From assembly GCA_045533435.1 (NCBI GenBank), contig JAZSHT010000104.1:1590-65589 (forward strand): DNA of 64,000 nt, given 5' to 3'. The first letter of the stretch is position 1. Each line of letters opens with the position of its first letter. The notes under the pieces were generated by a model that was not told the DNA's origin, ran no database searches, and was given only the letters and a program-made list of their open reading frames with translations. The position numbers were made by a program, and so were the translations under genes. Positions 61,671 through 64,000 of this stretch are shown piece by piece. Origin of the DNA: Eubacteriales bacterium. Lineage in GTDB: Bacteria; Bacillota; Clostridia; Oscillospirales; CAG-272.

Positions 61671-62135
61671 TTATCCATTGTAATATGCATTTATTGCTTC
61701 AATAAGCTGTGGATTATTTATGTATATCAATTCCTTTTTAAAGATATAAAGCTTCATTTTATTTTTAACTAAAATGCTTTCGTTGTGCAATACTATAAAA
61801 TCATATTCTGTATATCCCGTTCCAAAGGGAACTAACACCTTTAAAGCGCTTTTTCTTACCTTTGACAAGTCCATAGAATTAACGATTTTTTCGCCATAAT
61901 AAACGGTAATTATGTTGTCCTTTATAGTTGCTTTTCTAAAATACATTCTTTTTTCGGCATATAATATAATCGGACATATTAGCAATAACGGAGCCATTAT
62001 TAAACAACATATAAAAAGCTCATTTACAAATATTGTGCAAATAATAAACGCAGCTTCAATCAATATTAAAACAATGGACAAATAAAGATAACCATAATAG
62101 TTGCTTCTTACATTTTTGTTATATATGTATTCCAT
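61671..62135 (-). CDS. hypothetical membrane protein (TM hairpin plus small domain)
   Basis: 154 aa with RBS AAAGGAG. Architecture resembles the protein at 39796-40335. Confidence 0.6.
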   Translation of the reverse strand: MEYIYNKNVRSNYYGYLYLSIVLILIEAAFIICTIFVNELFICCLIMAPLLLICPIILYAEKRMYFRKATIKDNIITVYYGEKIVNSMDLSKVRKSALKVLVPFGTGYTEYDFIVLHNESILVKNKMKLYIFKKELIYINNPQLIEAINAYYNG

Positions 62136-62314
62136 GGTATCTCCTTTAAATAATTTTCCTTATGTATAAATTATATCATTTTCCTTTATAAAAATAAATA
62201 GCACCAAACGCAAAATAAGGGCGTTTATTTTGCAAAAAGTGCAAAATATACGGCGGTATTTCTCAAAACTGAATTTTTCTTGACAAAAACATATTATTTA
62301 TGTATAATTAAATT

Positions 62315-62425
62315 AGAAAGAATAGATTTTGTAAGACAATGTTCATAAATAAATGACTATGTAACCTGTTGCCTTAAACTAATATAGCATATGAACAGCG
62401 TTTTACTGCTCATATGCTATTTTTT
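62315..62425 (+). ncRNA. candidate ~110-nt transcript (leader or sRNA) defined by a consensus promoter and a strong terminator
   Basis: Promoter TTGACA-17-TATAAT at 62280-62308. Terminator with a 15-bp stem (1 mismatch) at 62384-62420 plus TTTTT. Upstream of the lipoprotein gene. Confidence 0.35.
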
Positions 62426-62504
62426 GTTATTTTTAAATGGGAGTTGATTAAAGTGGGATATTTTTTAAATAAGTTATTGTGATTTTTAAAAAAGAGGTGA
62501 TATT

Positions 62505-63458
62505 ATGAAAAAATTTTTATTGATATTGTTGATGCTCATTTTAGCATTTTCTCTCATTGCTTGTAGTGTTGATGGTCCAGATACCGACACAAGCACAGAT
62601 AATCAGCCAACCGATAGCAACACAAATAAGGAACTTACCGAAAATACATTTGTGGTAAATAAAATTTACGACAGATATTTTGATAAGATTACGCCTGCAC
62701 CTGCGTATTTACTTGATGATATGGAAGAAATAAGAGGCTCATATAAAATCATAAAAACACATGAGGAATATGCGACCTGTGTAGATAAAACCGACGGTGT
62801 TAACGCTGAATTATTTAACGATAACTGTATTTTGATAGTTAAAAGCTCTACCACTGATTTTCACGCTGTTAAGCTTGACAATGTTTTAACCGAAAAAACT
62901 GTTGTTGTAGATGTTCAAAGCACTCTCGAGGCTGTACCTGCTTACATAATAGATCCAAATGCTGATTCCCAGAGATTATTATATAACATTTTTTTAGTTA
63001 TTCCAAAAAATTATGTACCGGAAAATATTGATTTACTTGGAAGACTAACATTTGAAATTAGTTCTTTTAAGGGATATTCATTTGAAGCTGAAGGTATTCA
63101 AAATTTAAATTCTGAAAATCTTAAGAAAAATGATGCTTTTGTATTTGATAACGCAAATGAATATTTAAGCTTTTTACAACAAATAAGCGGTGATGATTTT
63201 TATAGTATTATGGATAATAACTCATATGTTTTAGCCTTTTATTATGATATTAAAGATTCATCAACAATTAAAATATTCAAGAGCTTTTCTATTGATGGCT
63301 CAAATGTATATTTAACCTTAGATATCTATGACGCAATATCAAGCGAAGCAAATGAAGACAATGTTTTCTTTGTAAAAATTCCAAAAGAAAATGTTGAGGA
63401 AGTAAACCTTCCTGAAAATCCAATTTTCCATATTACAATTAATCAATATTATGACTAA
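62505..63458 (+). CDS. hypothetical lipoprotein
   Basis: 317 aa with signal peptide and lipobox (FSLIACS). RBS AAGAGGTG. Confidence 0.7.
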   Translation: MKKFLLILLMLILAFSLIACSVDGPDTDTSTDNQPTDSNTNKELTENTFVVNKIYDRYFDKITPAPAYLLDDMEEIRGSYKIIKTHEEYATCVDKTDGVNAELFNDNCILIVKSSTTDFHAVKLDNVLTEKTVVVDVQSTLEAVPAYIIDPNADSQRLLYNIFLVIPKNYVPENIDLLGRLTFEISSFKGYSFEAEGIQNLNSENLKKNDAFVFDNANEYLSFLQQISGDDFYSIMDNNSYVLAFYYDIKDSSTIKIFKSFSIDGSNVYLTLDIYDAISSEANEDNVFFVKIPKENVEEVNLPENPIFHITINQYYD

Positions 63459-63462
63459 ACAT

Positions 63463-63494
63463 AAAAAACTCGCACCGTGTGTGCGAGTTTTTTA
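63463..63494. terminator. bidirectional terminator
   Basis: AAAAAACTCGCAC-CGTGT-GTGCGAGTTTTTT. Confidence 0.8.
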
Positions 63495-64000
63495 GTTATT
63501 CATTAGCTTTCTATACTTTTTCTCATCAATTTTGCCTTCGGCAATCATTCTTTCACTCCAGATTTGGAGTGCTTCAACTGCCATTGAGATTTGTTCAAGC
63601 TCCTTTTGAATTTCGACAAAGTCCTCAAGCTCGGTGTCATCAACCATTCCGTCTCTTGCAATTTGCAAAATTCTTATTTTTTGCTCATCTAATGCATTTA
63701 AGGAAGCAAGCATTTCAACGGTTATTTCCTTAATACCCTCAATTTTAACCTCAGGCACATATTTCATACCGATAGGGCAATCGTTTGTGCAATAATGGTT
63801 GCAAATCATTGGCTCCTTGTATGCTTCTGCCATTGCCACAACATCATATGCATCAATTTTATTTATTTTTTCGTTTTCAATTCTTTCTATTCTTGATTGC
63901 TCAATGCCGGTAAGCTCACTTGCTTTCTCACGGCTAAGTCCTAATTTTTCTCTTGCTATTTGATATGTAGTCTTATTATCTTTTGTAGATGATTTTCCCA
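63492..64000 (-). CDS. XRE-family regulator with a Cys-containing C-terminal domain (N-terminus beyond the window)
   Basis: The reading frame stays open upstream of the track's GTG to the window edge and encodes an HTH (TTYQIAREKLGLSREKASELTGIEQSRIERIENEK). C-terminal part: CNHYCTNDCPIG... Confidence 0.7.
   Translation of the reverse strand, partial: GKSSTKDNKTTYQIAREKLGLSREKASELTGIEQSRIERIENEKINKIDAYDVVAMAEAYKEPMICNHYCTNDCPIGMKYVPEVKIEGIKEITVEMLASLNALDEQKIRILQIARDGMVDDTELEDFVEIQKELEQISMAVEALQIWSERMIAEGKIDEKKYRKLMNN

Overview
This is an AT-rich chromosomal segment that looks like Clostridia/Firmicutes. I support about 59 protein-coding genes and one tRNA-Pro; there is no rRNA, CRISPR array, IS element, integrase or prophage. 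The backbone is housekeeping: miaB, a ymcA-like gene, mutS, mutL and tgt (the Bacillus-type ymcB-ymcA-mutSL neighbourhood), then ilvE, nadE, pncB, ymdB, rsmG, citrate synthase, typA, rlmH and mnmG. Between these sit cytosolic carbohydrate-type enzymes: a GH38 mannosidase, a DUF6259-like hydrolase, a beta-helix protein, and two AraM-like glycerol-1-phosphate dehydrogenase paralogs, one next to a HAD phosphatase. There are also lipoproteins (a CotH-family protein, an S1 protease), transporters and several small XRE/RHH regulators. The clear accessory content is a GATC-type DpnII/MboI-like methylase-endonuclease-methylase cassette (49.3-52.0 kb) bounded by identical 30-bp direct repeats, and a DUF1016 nuclease insertion after rsmG. 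The most unusual signal is non-coding. At least 19 tandem arrays of 7-nt units (classes TGGTCAG, TAGCCGT and TAGGGTA, all fitting YAG+N4) occupy 15 intergenic spacers. They often begin at, or supply, the stop codon of the upstream gene. Their reverse complements sit in 5' UTRs just before the RBS, and several form long inverted pairs spanning a whole spacer. This resembles cyanobacterial STRR heptamer repeats and REPIN-like doublets, but I cannot assign it to any described Firmicute element family. Further unexplained non-coding items are a GTTATGA/TCATAAC zipper element, an SD-sequestering alternative hairpin, a roughly 155-nt multi-helix candidate RNA, a footprint of a duplicated tRNA-Pro 3' end, a 72-bp tandem duplication, and an orphan promoter-terminator unit.
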